A stretch of DNA of 63,438 nucleotides, filler included, from Octopus bimaculoides (taxonomy: Eukaryota), in the NCBI RefSeq assembly GCF_001194135.2. It is 6 parts of 5 records of this genome, joined end to end, with 100 filler letters (N's around TTAATTAATTAA, not from the genome) between each part and the next. Parts side by side here need not be neighbours in the genome. Positions count along the whole stretch, not along the records: positions 24,521 to 43,101 come from NC_069000.1; 5 more parts are not named here. The stretch is one strand, 5' to 3'. Each line of letters starts with the position of its first letter. Position 1 is the stretch's first letter. Positions 25,371 to 37,399 of this stretch are shown here, piece by piece. A model generated the notes under the pieces. It ran no database searches. It had not been told where the DNA came from and saw only the letters and a program-made list of their open reading frames with translations. The position numbers and the translations under genes are program-made.

Positions 25371-25874
25371 GCCATCGCTTTTAAATTATGTTTCATCTTC
25401 TGTTTGAAAATAAAGGAAGTGAGAATTGTGATGGTGATGGCTGATCTCCAGACCTTTTTCGTTTCAACCTTCGTGGCTTTTCCCATCGTTTTGAAGTGTG
25501 AAGTGCAACCCCCCCCCCCCCAATGACCCAAATCGGTACTGAGTGGGGGAGGAGAGTTTGAAAATATAAATTTTCAGTTTTTTTCTTTTTTACTAATAAA
25601 GCATCTCCTATTGTTCTTAGGAGCATAGTGCAAAAAAGAATTTGGACAAAATCAGTCCAGATGATGTGGTGAGAGGTGATTTATGAATTTTCAAAAACTT
25701 TTTCCATAAAAAGTTTCCCCCAGCTCATTTTCAAAGGTGTAGTGAAAGTAAAACTTGAAAAATCCCCATCAAAATGGAGAAATTCAACTTACATACATGT
25801 GCTGTTCCAAAAGACTACCAAGGCAATGTAGTGTGAAAATTACCCAATAACAGCAGGATGCACAGCTAATAATT

Positions 25875-25908
<34 letters not shown>

Positions 25909-25909
25909 G

Positions 25910-27910
25910 GAAGTGTCACTATGAAAGGCTGCTAAATGTAGAGAACTCATGGGAGAAGGAGAGTCTGCCTAATATGGATCCAACAAAGGGACCAGCAATC
26001 TGAATAGACAGTAGCATGGTAGATAAAGCCATGAAGGATTTGAAGAACAGGAAAGCCTTAGGCCCATCAGGAATCACTGCTGAGATGCATAAAAAATCTG
26101 GCATTGTGGACTATGGTCTAGTTACCCGTATAGTTAATCAGGTTGTACACGGGGGAGTCATACCCAATGACTGGTGTAGCAGCATCATAGTCAACTGATA
26201 CAAAGGTAAAGGTAATGCCTTAGACAAAAATTATTACAGTAGTATCAAATTGTTGGATCAGGTGATGAAAGTTATGGATAGGGTCATAGCCCAATTAAGA
26301 AGAGAGTTAGTCTATATAAGATGCAGTTTTGTTACAGGAAGAAGCACCACTGATGCTATATTTCTGTTAACGCAGCTGCAGAAGAAGTAGTCAAAAATAA
26401 ACCTCTGAACTTGACTTTCGTTGACATGGAGAAAGCCTTTCACAGGGTTCCCCCACTCCCTTATCTGATGGTCAATGTGGAAACTAGGAATTGATGAGTA
26501 ATTGGTGAGAGCTGTACCAGCCATGTACAGAGATACTGTCAGTAAGGTGAGGATTGGCAAGCAATGAATTCAGGGTGCAATTAGGGGTTCACCAAGGATC
26601 AGTCCTCAGCTCCCTCTTGTTCATCATAGTCCTCCAGGCAATACCAGAGGAATTTAAGATGGGCTGCTCCTGGGAGCTCCTCTCTTCTGATGATCTTGTT
26701 CTCATAGATAAATCACTTCTAGAACTAGAGAAGGAATTTCAGGTGTGGAAGCAAGGTCCAGAATCAAAATGCCTTAGAGTTAATCTAGCAAAAACCAAAG
26801 TCTTAGTAAGTAGGAAAGCAGACAAATCACAAGTCCCTTCAGGTAGATGGCCCTGATCAATTTGTAGAAAAGGTGTTAGTAGAAACCTCATTAAATGTAC
26901 CTGGTGTAAGCTATGGACACATAAGAGGTGCAGCAATATCAAGGGAAGGTTAACATGGAAAATAGTTTTTGTGTGTGGAAGGTGCATAAGTACAATAATC
27001 ACTAAAAATGTACAGAAAATAGACTCCATCCAATGCCAGTGGGGAAAGCTAGAAGTAGTTGATAGCTTATATTACCTAGGTGACCAAGTTAGTAGTGGAG
27101 GTGGATACTCCAAGTGTGTAGCTCCTAGAATAAGAACAGGTTGAGCAAAGTTCAGAGAGCTCCTACCTCTGTTGGTAGCAAAGGCCTCTCTCAGAGTGAA
27201 AGGCAGACTGCATGATGCCTGTTTGTGAACAGCCATGCTATACAGCAGTGAAACATGGGCTGTGACTGCCAAGGACATGTGTAGGCCTGAAAGAAATGAG
27301 ACTTACACTGGATATGCAATGTCAGTGTGCAAGTACAACAGAGTGTAAGCATCTTGAGAGAAAAACTGGGCATAAGAGGCATCAGATATGGTGTGCAAGA
27401 GAGATAACTGTACTGGTATAAGCATGCTGTGTAAGAAAGTGCTGATCTCTAACTGTGGAGGGAACATGTGGGAGAGGTAAACCCAGGAAGATATGGTACG
27501 AGGTGGTCAAGCATGATCTTCAAACATTGGGTTTCAAAGAAGCAATGGCAGTGACTGAGATCTTTGGTGCCCATGGCATGTAAAAAGCACCCTTTGATCA
27601 TGGGACCTCACAGAGGTAATAAGTGATTGAGACCTTTTGTGATATGGTGTGCTTGAAAAGACTTGTCAAGTCAAGTGAAAACATAGTTGTGCCTGATGTT
27701 GGTGTCATGTAACTGGCACTCTTGCTGGTGGCATGTAAAAAGCACCCTTTACACTCTTGGAGTGGTTGGTGTTAGGAAGAGCATTGAGGTGTAGAAACCA
27801 TGCCAAATCAGATTGGAACTTAGTGCAGCTCTCCAGCTTACTAGTTTAAATCAAGCCATCTAACACATGCCAGTATGGAAAGTAGATGCTAAATGATGAT
27901 GATGATGATG
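25910..27910 (+). mobile_element. 5'-truncated RTE-clade LINE (RT, C-terminus, 3' tail ending in (GAT)n)
   Basis: KALGPSGITAEM, IPNDWCSSIIV, GRSTTDAIF, FVDMEKAF, GVHQGSVLSSLLF, LSSDDLV and VNLAKTKV motifs, with many stops. Confidence 0.9.
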
Positions 27911-28499
27911 ATATATATATACATGCATATATGCATTCATACACACACACACACATATATATGTATTAATTATTAGCATGTGCCAATATGAGAAGATCTC
28001 TCAAAGCTAATAATATAGTATTCACTGTTCTAACATGACATCCACATTAAGCTGGATATAAAGATTGCCATATGTATGCAAGTAAATATTTGCATGAATT
28101 ATAGAGAGTGATAGACTGTCATTCTAATTCTATTATCGCTCTATTTGTAGTTTGAATGCCTCTTACATCATTGTACAAAATATAAAAATGAACACCAAAA
28201 ATTATTATAATGATCATTTCACAGTTCTGTGCATTAATATTTGATAATTATTTTTATAATTGTTCAGATGTTCATGTTTTTAATACTAGTTAATTATATT
28301 TATATTAGCTCCAATTCTATTAATATTTGTTCATTATGTTGTTCATTTGTTCATTATGTTGTTCATTTGTTCATTATGTTCAAATTCGTTGTTTTTTGTA
28401 TTAATACCAGTTTTCTATATTTATATCAGTCTTTGGTACTGTAAATTTTTACTGCTTTATTATGAGTTTTCATTCTTATAGTAATTTAGATTTCCATTT

Positions 28500-29254
28500 C
28501 CAAGCCAGAACCTACAGCCTAGAAGATGAGCTTCATCCTGGAAATCTGTAGAGCTTGAAACTTTCTGAGTCAAATTGAATGCAGAGAGTGAATGTGTGCT
28601 CTTCTTTGCTGTCGCATCTGATGAATGAACCGTTTTTGGACCAAATAGTGACTGGTGATGAGAAATGGATTCTCTATAAAAATGTCAAGCACCGAAGACA
28701 GTGGGTAGGGATAGGAGAAACACTGGCACCCCAGGTTAAAGAAGGTCTTCACCCACATAAGATGTTGTTATCTGTTTGGTGGGATATGAAAAGTTTAATC
28801 CACTTTGAACTTTTAAACCCAAGCCAAATGATAACAAATGAGATCTACTGTGAGCAGCTTGAGTGGCTTAAGTCAGCACTAGAAGAAAAATGACCATCTT
28901 CAAGACAAAAGGTGTTCTTCCATCAGGATAATGGTCAGCTACATACAGCAAGGATGACATTCTAAAGGCTGGAGCAGTTTGAATGGGAAACGATGTCCTA
29001 CTCACCATATTCGCTGGATATTGCCCCATCTGATTATCATTTATTCTGCAGTTTTCAAAACCATTTGGACGAAAAAAATATGAATTCTGTAGATGAGGTC
29101 AGAACAGTACTGGAGGAGAATTTTTCATTGTCACAGACAAGTGAATTTTGGAAGAGGGGTCTTGCAAGTCTAGCAGATAAATGGAAGAACATTGTAGAAA
29201 ATGAAGGATAGTATATTTTAGATTAAAAAAGAACTTATTTATGGGATAACCCAA
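28500..29254 (+). mobile_element. Mariner (DD34D-type) 3' fragment, same family as 50558-51720
   Basis: IVTGDEKWILYKN, HPHKMLLSVWWD and YSLDIAPSDYHLF motifs. Right TIR TTATGGGATAACCCAA followed by TA. Confidence 0.88.
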
Positions 29255-29480
29255 TATATATATATTTTGTAAATGAATAAATATTCAAAACATATTTATA
29301 TAGATCTTATTAACAATAAATGGCAAATCCAAAATTTTATACTTAATTCATTATCTTAAATGAGAGCAATACAAGGTGCCACTATTGCTGTAAAATTCAG
29401 AGTTGAAAAAAACCTCAAATAGCCACCAATTCACTGGAAGTACATCAGAAATTGGGCTATGAGCAAAGAAATTAACTTAC

Positions 29481-29588
29481 CATTTTGGCAGAAAGCCAAA
29501 GAATGAGGCAATAGATAACCTTGGACCAACTGATTTTGAATTTTGAGATTACTGCCCTTAATTCTCATTAACAGGTCTTGCTATATAC
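29481..29588 (-). other. Candidate 5'-UTR exon ending in an ATG start codon
   Basis: Acceptor CTTTTTAACCCTAG, donor AAAATG/GTAAGT, stops in all three frames upstream of the ATG. Same strand as iRhom but across a contig linker. Confidence 0.4.
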
Positions 29589-30319
29589 CTAGGGTTAAAA
29601 AGCTTTGTTCATTTTGTTGTGCCTGTTAACTGTTGAAAGAGCTAGCAGAAAATTCAAAAACAGTGTCAATGTATAAATTTCATAAAGAAATAAATATTCA
29701 GAAAATATTTATACTGATATTATTAGTCATTGTTAATAAAATAAATAATAACAACAATAATATAAGTGGCCAGCAAGCAAGAGCCAATATATATATTATC
29801 TTAATTCACTTAATTTTCTTACTTCATTTCATTTTATTTACTGTATCTGTATTCACTCAATCTTATTCTTTGTTCTAACTGTTCTCTAAATCTAGGCTTT
29901 GATTCATCATATTTAACCTTGTTTACTTTATTTTAATTCACTATAGACTCTATCTTATTCTTAGACTATCTTAGACTAAGTGTTAGTCTAATTATAGGCT
30001 TTGATTGGTAATAATAAACCTTTAACTCTTAAATTTTAAACACATGTATCAATCTACCAGTATCCCATATCCTTTATCTTTAAATTAACTTTGTATCTTT
30101 TTATTTTATTGGTATCTGTCCCTTCAATATATATATTTAAAGTACTCTAGCCACAGAAATTTATGAATTATTGTTGTTAATTATTATTCCTTAAATTGTA
30201 GAGCTACTTCTTGAAGTTGGGCGTCTATCTCAAGCATCTTAGCTCTTGTTTCATTTTATTAATACCTATTCCTTCAATATGTATATATATATATATATAT
30301 ATATTCGTTTATATATTCG

Positions 30320-33050
30320 TTTTGCAAGATTCTTGATGTGAAGTTGTGTGTGGTAACAGATGTTGTATTTGGGGATGGTCATGTTGCCAGTTTAGCCAAT
30401 AAAAACAGACACACTATATATTTGGTGTTAATTTGCTTCAGCTTTACTTTACATTAATCGTATTTTGGCCAGAGTTCTTTCGTCACACTTCTGTGACCTC
30501 ATCAGTGGTCCTTTGCTTTCTTCTTTCATATTTGTGTGTCCTTCCTTACTAACAATCAGCCATTTTGTATTTTGTATTCCTATTGTATGTGTCTATGTTT
30601 GCGCATGCGTATCCCTCTATGTGTGTCTATGTTTAGTAAGTGCATGTGTGTGTATGGGGAGTGCCTGTATTATCTGTATCCCCTGTTTATACACGTTCGT
30701 TTAATTTGTTTTTATTTATTTGTTCATGTGTTTATACCTACTTATTATTTTTTTATATTTTCTTTTTTTTTTGTTTGTATTTAATTTAATTTAATTTTGT
30801 TAATGTATATAGTTACTTAATTCCATTTGTTTATCTGTGTATTGTATTATATTTTGTTCATATTGTTATCAGTTTATGGGGATTTTATTGTCATATGTTG
30901 TGGTTTGTTGAGGGGGTGTGCTAGTGCTCCATTCCAGTTTTCTATTCAGGCTAGGTTTATCTTCTATTACGTGTGTAGCTTCTGTAATTTGTCTAATTTG
31001 TCTGTTCTATGTGTGGACAAGATTTTAACTTCTATATTGTTGAGTGAGCCCCCGTGTTCCTGCTCAGCGTGCTGGTACAGAACTGATGAGCTCTTCTCTT
31101 TCTTAAGTTCCCTCCAATGTTCATTTACCTGCTCCCCTATGCTCCGTGCTGTTTCCTCAACGTACGTTGTCTTGTTACTGCATCGTCCCTCTGTACATCT
31201 TATACTATAGACTACATTTCTGGCTTTACAGTTTGTTTGTGGGCTAAATCTACATACAGTACAGTTCCTATCAGTACAGGGGATTCTACTAAAAGGGTAG
31301 GTTCTACCGATTAGGGATTTGATAGGGTTGCCTGGCCTTTCAACAACCTTAATTCTTAGCTTAAGTTTGTCTAGGGCCCTTCCAAAGCAGTATGCCAGTT
31401 CGCCTCTAGGGGTGGTGTTGACGAACATGACACTCTGGTATTTGTGGCTATCATACCATGAGTTGGCCTTCCCTATTTTCTTCTTAGTCCTTTCAATGGT
31501 GTTCCATGACTTGCTCCTATAGAGTAGGCAAATCCATTCCTATCGTTATGTTTGATAGTTTCAAATTTCCTCATAGCTCCTTTGTATACTCTGATCCTTT
31601 CTTTATGGCTGTAACCTGAGAACTGCATGCGGTGAATGAAATGTTGTATATGTCTCTTTAACTCTGTAGGGTTGCATATGCGGGACACATTTTGCATTAC
31701 TCTGACGATGTCTGCCATCAATATATTGAATTTGGCATTGTCCACTGTGGTGTTATGGGTTGTGATGAGCTGTGTGTTGTTGGTGGAGAGGGGTGAGGCA
31801 AACAGAAGTGAAGCCAGACCGGAAGGGTCAGACCGGAAGTTGGCCACACGCGGTCAAAGGCCAGCACGTGTGTGGGTCAGAAAACAGACAGGTTACGAGA
31901 AAGACATGTTTTGATCAAGAGCGATTGTGTACTCCGCTGCGGTCGACAAGGTAAGGTCCAACGTTTCATTCTGTCCTTTTGCTTCTTGTTGTCTTTTTCC
32001 TCCATCACACCACATCCACAATAACTGAGTTCTAGTGGATCAGGCCATAGGTTTGGCATAGTGTGAATGAAGGATTCGGGTTTTATTATTCTCAGTTTCC
32101 AACCAGAGTTCTGTATCTGGTACTGGTAGTCTATGCTTAGGGTGTTTAGTAGGGTAGTCTATCGTGACCTTAATACTCTAGTGGATGGAGTTAGCTATTT
32201 GCTGGATGCTCTCCATAGTATTAGTTTCTATTTCTATTTCAAGAGTACTCTCTTGTGGGGGTGTCTTTACCACTACGTTGATATCATTGACATATCGAGA
32301 GTACATATTCACAAGTATGGAGTCCTGTGTTAGGCGTTCCTTAAGCCTTCTGTCCCACCATACCATGAAAAGGTTGGCTACATCACTGGCGATACTAACA
32401 CCTCGTCCTGGGCATATATTTTGTTGCTAAACTTAAATGTGTGGCCTTTTAGGGTAACTCTTATACTAGCTCCTAGTGCATGTGCGATCATTTTCTTTAC
32501 TTGATGAACATTTGCCGGGGGTCCGTATGGCTCTGGTTCATCTGCTCCATCTCTCTATAGGGGTCTTCCTAGCCATAGAAATAATTGTGGGTGGTCTACC
32601 TCTTAAATGTCTACTAGGGCAGAAACTTCTAAGGTCATGTTTATCTAGATATTCGTTGTCTTATGTCAGTTCTTCTGTGTTGACATTGCGGAACTCCACT
32701 TCGCTCTCGTTGATCATCTCCACGCACTTCTCCACCGCAAAATCCACATCGATAGATGGGTATAGCGATACCACATCCATGCTACCCACTATATATCCTG
32801 TCATACTAGTGACCACATGGAAGCACAATTCACTATAGCTAGGACCAAACTTAGACAGATTTTAGAACTATACACTAAGAGACAAAGACAGAGGCCCAAC
32901 AACTTGGGAATATACCTGCATGTGGCCTACGTAAGCTCATGCAGCGCACGAGGACCGGAGAAGTTATATGCCTTCCCACAGATAAGGATGTCAATAGACA
33001 GCTTGCCGAACTAAATACATCTGATCCCTAAACATACTATTACAAGCGAA
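30320..33050 (-). mobile_element. Penelope-like element with C-terminal GIY-YIG (clade uncertain, possibly Nematis-like), decayed, with pLTR hammerhead and inverted 5' segment
   Basis: Minus strand reads IVGSMDVVSLYPSID, DVANLFMVWWD, YSRYVNDIN, HYAKPMA, RMQFSGY, FVNTTPRGELA, CKARNVVYSIRC, YVEETARS, RQITEATHV and LNRKLEW. Ends approximate. Confidence 0.88.
30469..30508 (-). ncRNA. Type I minimal hammerhead ribozyme, family D, in the PLE 3' region
   Basis: Reverse strand: CCA-CTGATGA-G-GTCAC-AGAAGT-GTGAC-GAA-AGAACT-C-TGG. Intact core, 5-bp stem II, 3-bp stem I. Confidence 0.82.
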
Positions 33051-33235
33051 AGCGACTATTTAAAGAAGATCTGAGAAACCGTAAACCAAATTTTTTTTTA
33101 CTATTCTAATTCTCACACTTGTTTTTTTCAGTATGACTTGTCAACAACCACTGAAATTAATGAACCTTGTACATTCTAACAAATTGATATACAGTTTTAA
33201 TTTTAAACTTACACCTTCTGTTTTGAACATGATAA

Positions 33236-33355
33236 TTTATCAACATTGAAACATTTTAATTTATCAACATTGAAACATATTAATTTATCAACATTGAAAC
33301 ATTTTAGTTTGTCAACATTAAAACATTTTGATTTGTCGACATTGAAACTTTTAAC
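33236..33355. repeat. 24-bp minisatellite, about 5 copies
   Basis: CAACATTGAAAC-like unit at 33241, 33265, 33289, 33313 and 33337. Confidence 0.9.
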
Positions 33356-33522
33356 GGTGTTTTTCTAATTTTAAACTTTTATCATTGATAAGCAAAAAAT
33401 ATTGTTGAAACTAGTTTGGTATATATGTAAATAAATGTATTTTAGACATTTACGAGCTTTTGAAATTTAAGTGCATTTTCAACAACACATTTTCCTATAT
33501 ATATATATACACACGCATGCAC

Positions 33523-33556
<34 letters not shown>

Positions 33557-33928
33557 CGTGAACTGTATTTTCCACCTAAATGTGACTGACCCATATGGGA
33601 CGATGCCTCTGTAGTTTATAGCCCCAAGAAGACATCTCTTCCAGCTGGTAACGACACACTGTCTGTGCCTGATCAGTATTTGCAAAGGGCAAATCATCGT
33701 TCCTGACGTGATACACATGGACCCGGATTTCTGGGTAGTAACCTATCATCAGCATGTGACAATCACCGTCAAGGGATGAGAAGTGATTTCGAATGAAATA
33801 CATATGCTTTTTCCAGTGACAAAAAGTCACCAATCTCGAAAAAGGAGAAACAAGCAGTAATAAATCTCTGAATGAGATGTAAACAATAGCAGCACAACAT
33901 CGTGAAGTATATATTATTTACATTATTT

Positions 33929-33972
33929 GCACAACGTTTCGGCTGATATACTCTCCAGCCTTCATCAGGTGT
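33929..33972 (-). ncRNA. Hammerhead family A copy 4, in a headless fragment (about 33915-34022)
   Basis: Reverse strand: ACAC-CTGATGA-A-GGCTG-GAGAGTATAT-CAGCC-GAA-ACGT-T-GTGC. Confidence 0.8.
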
Positions 33973-34029
33973 TTTGGGGAAATTTCGAACCTGGGTTCTC
34001 ATTTCTAAGGTATTTTTCAATGTTAGGTT

Positions 34030-36750
34030 TCTTCCGAGTGAGCCCACCCGGCAATGTTGATACCCTCGCGGCCCAGTGCATGTATTTTAGCCCGGACTCT
34101 ACATCCTTCGTGTTTGGCTTTGAGGTGTCGGTCCAGGGCCGATCTCGCTGCAAACACTTGGGGTGCAGAGCTCATTCTCAGCACCTCTTCTAATGCCTTA
34201 ACTAATTTCCTTTCTACTCTAGTCTGCTCTAGACTTAACTGCTTGCTAAATCTAATCGACTCAAGTCAAATGGCTCTTTTGAGGGCACTCCACCACTGGT
34301 TGTTAATCACTGGTTGTTAATCTGGCTATGGTAAGTTTCACAATCCAATAGGGACTTGTTTAACTTCCAATAGCCAGATCCCTGTCTATGAACCTTATCT
34401 GTATGCAGTCTACATGTCACTAATTTGTGATCGTGTAGGGTACATAGGTAAACTGTGGACAGCTTAAACTAGATTTATCTCTAGCATTAACTGTTATCCT
34501 GTCTTTATAAGACCTGATAGAACCATCGTTATCAGACCAAGTCCACATTGGAACGCTCAGATTATCAAGTCTGTATCGATCTGTCAGCAGATCAATGAGG
34601 CGTGAGTTACACTTCATAACATTCGAGCCTACGCTATCCAGGCATGCATCCAGAATAGCATTAAAATCACCTAGCAAAACTAATGTCCTTGATGTCACAA
34701 GAAAGTTCTCCAGCTGTCGATAGAACTCATCCCGTTTGCCTGGCGTGCCAGGTGCGTAGATGCCAACCAACCTGAAGGCCTTACCACTGTATGTCAGATC
34801 CAGAATGACCGACTCACCTTCTGGGTCTACGAAGATTGTACGTGTCTGCAGGGTCAGGCTTTTCCGGAGCAAAACTACAACACCTCTACTCCCCACCTTC
34901 TGGCTAGGAGACATAATTTTCTCATAGCTATTCAGGAGAGTTGAGAAGGCCTGCAGCTTGTCCAGCCTGGTCTCTGTAGCAACCATAATATCAATTCTGT
35001 GTGACCTGAGGTGGTCAAGGAGGCAAGCCTGCTTCCTCTTCGAACCTATGCCACGGACATTTAAACCTGCAATGCATAGCGTAGCCATGTCAAACACGAA
35101 AAAGAAGGAAATTCAAGCTTACCTGCTCATTCATCTTTCGAGGGGGATTATTCTCAGTATTTCTGAGACAAGTTCCCCACCTCCTTTCTTTCATATAAAA
35201 ATGGTTCAACCGGCGGGTTAAATACCTTAAGCAGTTCTTTCAGTTCTGTTATCTCTTTTGGGTGTCTGTTTTTGGGAAATTTTTCCCAACGTTACTTGGC
35301 TCATCTTATTGTTGTTGACATATAGGGACGCTTTGTGATGAGGTCTAATGACCCCATCCAGGTATTTGTTGCTGTTTTTGTATGCAATTGTCGAAGTGTT
35401 TTCTCTTTCAGGAATATCAATTGTCACCGACATAGTGACACCATCTGGAAGTCCATATTTTCAGTAGACGATGTCACAATGTAACCCCATTTCTCGGAGT
35501 TTTCCCCACTAATGGAGGCGGTGGCTTGCTGTGTAATGGCCTCCTTGGCTGGAAGCGTGGCCTTTTTACTTTTCCCCTTGGGGTCATTTTTACTAGTAGC
35601 GGTGGTCACTTGCTGTGTAACGGCCTCCTTGGCCGGAAGTGCCGCCTCTTTGTTTTTTGCCTTGGGGTTGTCTTTACTAGTAGAGGGGGTCGCCTGCTGT
35701 GTCACAGTCTTCGTGGCTGGGGTGACCGTCTCTTCGTTTTTCTCTTCCTTCTCTTCTGCTTCCTTGTCCTTTTTTGTGGGGCATTTTGACCTCAGTGCCA
35801 TCTTTTCCACATTGTTTCAGCTGGGTCTTCTCCCCACTACTTGTACTTCCAATATTGACTCCTCTACGTGTATCGTCTCAGGTAAACCTTCCAAATCCAG
35901 ACTTGTCACTTGTGCTAAGATCTCCAGAGTTTGACCCCACCAATTCTGTAGGGCGTCTCTGGAGATCTGAATAATATTTATTTTGTCTTCTCTCTTGTAG
36001 AAAAGTGTGGCAATGATCCATACTACCTCCACCTCTGGGAGTATGTTATTAATCTTTATTCGGGACATTCTGCGTCCCAGATATAGCGGCAATAGCATGA
36101 CGTTGCCACTTAGCAAGGTTGGAGTTGAGAATTCTCTTGCCTTCTCAATCGATTCGAACCTTGCTTCAATGGTCACGTACCTTGTGCCTCGGGCTAAATA
36201 CTTTATTTTGTTCATCACCGGCCTGAGACACCTTTCAACTGTGCCTTCCTCCAAATACTCTAGTCTTTTCTTTTCTACATCATATGTTTTGTATATAATT
36301 GTCTTTTCCTTTGTCTTGTTTCTTATTTCACTCGGGGGTGTTTTCGTACTTTCACTGTTTTCTTTGGTGATCATACCATAATATGCCTGTATATCTTCCA
36401 TTTTCAATGCAATTGTTTCATGTCTGCCAACAGCGGCGGCAAAATTCATTTTGTTCCTATTTTGTTCTTCTACAGAAGACATTGTTTTTTAATATTTAAA
36501 AAAAAAAAATATTTAAAAATTCCACAATTTTTGTTCCAAAAGGGAACGCAGTTTAAAATTAACCTCAAGCGGTAGACACAATTTGTATATCCTTCCCCCT
36601 TGGTGGAGGATAACAGTTCACAATATTTAACACAGACAAGAAATTTTAACAACGTTTCCCTTACGGGAAACCAACAAGCACAATGTAACAATTCCTGCAA
36701 GCAAGCAACAATTATAACCACTAACTTTCTAGGTAAACACAAGCAGATAT
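34030..36750 (-). mobile_element. Tx1/L1-clade LINE copy a: ORF1, APE endonuclease and linker, no RT
   Basis: ORF1 pieces 35817-36482 and 35424-35810. ORF 34420-35097 has IAGLNVRG, VATETRL, LVGIYAP, LLGDFNAILD and WTWSD (APE motifs). Confidence 0.9.
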
Positions 36751-37299
36751 AACATGTAAGAATGTGAGCGAATGATGGTCTGAAATCAAAGACTTCGAGA
36801 CAAGGAAAAGTTAGGTTTTTATAAGAGTTGTAGGCTCAGTTGAGGTAAAAAAACAGGCTGTCACACGTAACCTTATTTGAAGGCTGTGATTGGTTGGGTT
36901 GCATATTGGCGCACGATAGAGCAAGAGACAAATTGCGCCAATACCAACCAATCAGAGTAGTGGACATAAGAGGGTCCAAAATGTGGCCAAAGGCTAGCTG
37001 TTATCTACTACGTTTGTATGTATCTATATATAATAGAGAGGAGAGGAATTTCACTCAAGTGTACGCTACATATATATGCATACACATACATACATACGTG
37101 TGTGTGTGTGTGTGTGTGCACGTGCACGTGCACATGCGTATGCTTGTGTGTGACGATATATGGATACAAGCAATCCAGCAGTACTTGTAAAAAGCCTCCT
37201 TACTTTGTCATTGCACAAACCATGTAGAGTATATAGTAATATACATGAGAAAAGAATAAAGAGAATAAGATATAAACGATGGAGAAATATTATGATAAA

Positions 37300-37360
37300 C
37301 TTTATTCAATAACAAACATCAAAATATCAGTGATATTTTGATGTTTATTGTTGAATAAAG
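37300..37360. repeat. 61-bp near-perfect palindrome
   Basis: 30-bp arms with two mismatches around a single G at 37330. Confidence 0.9.
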
Positions 37361-37399
37361 TCCATCATAATATTTTCCCATCGTTTATATCTTTAGTGA

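Noticed and set aside
30860-32830. Selenocysteine recoding of in-frame TGA, as in Naiad PLEs
   Set aside because: The endonuclease here is C-terminal rather than N-terminal, frameshifts and a YVDD-to-YVND change show decay, and I see no SECIS evidence.
33236-33355. CRISPR-like array (also 61958-62160)
   Set aside because: Head-to-tail degenerate units without unique spacers, eukaryotic context and no cas genes.
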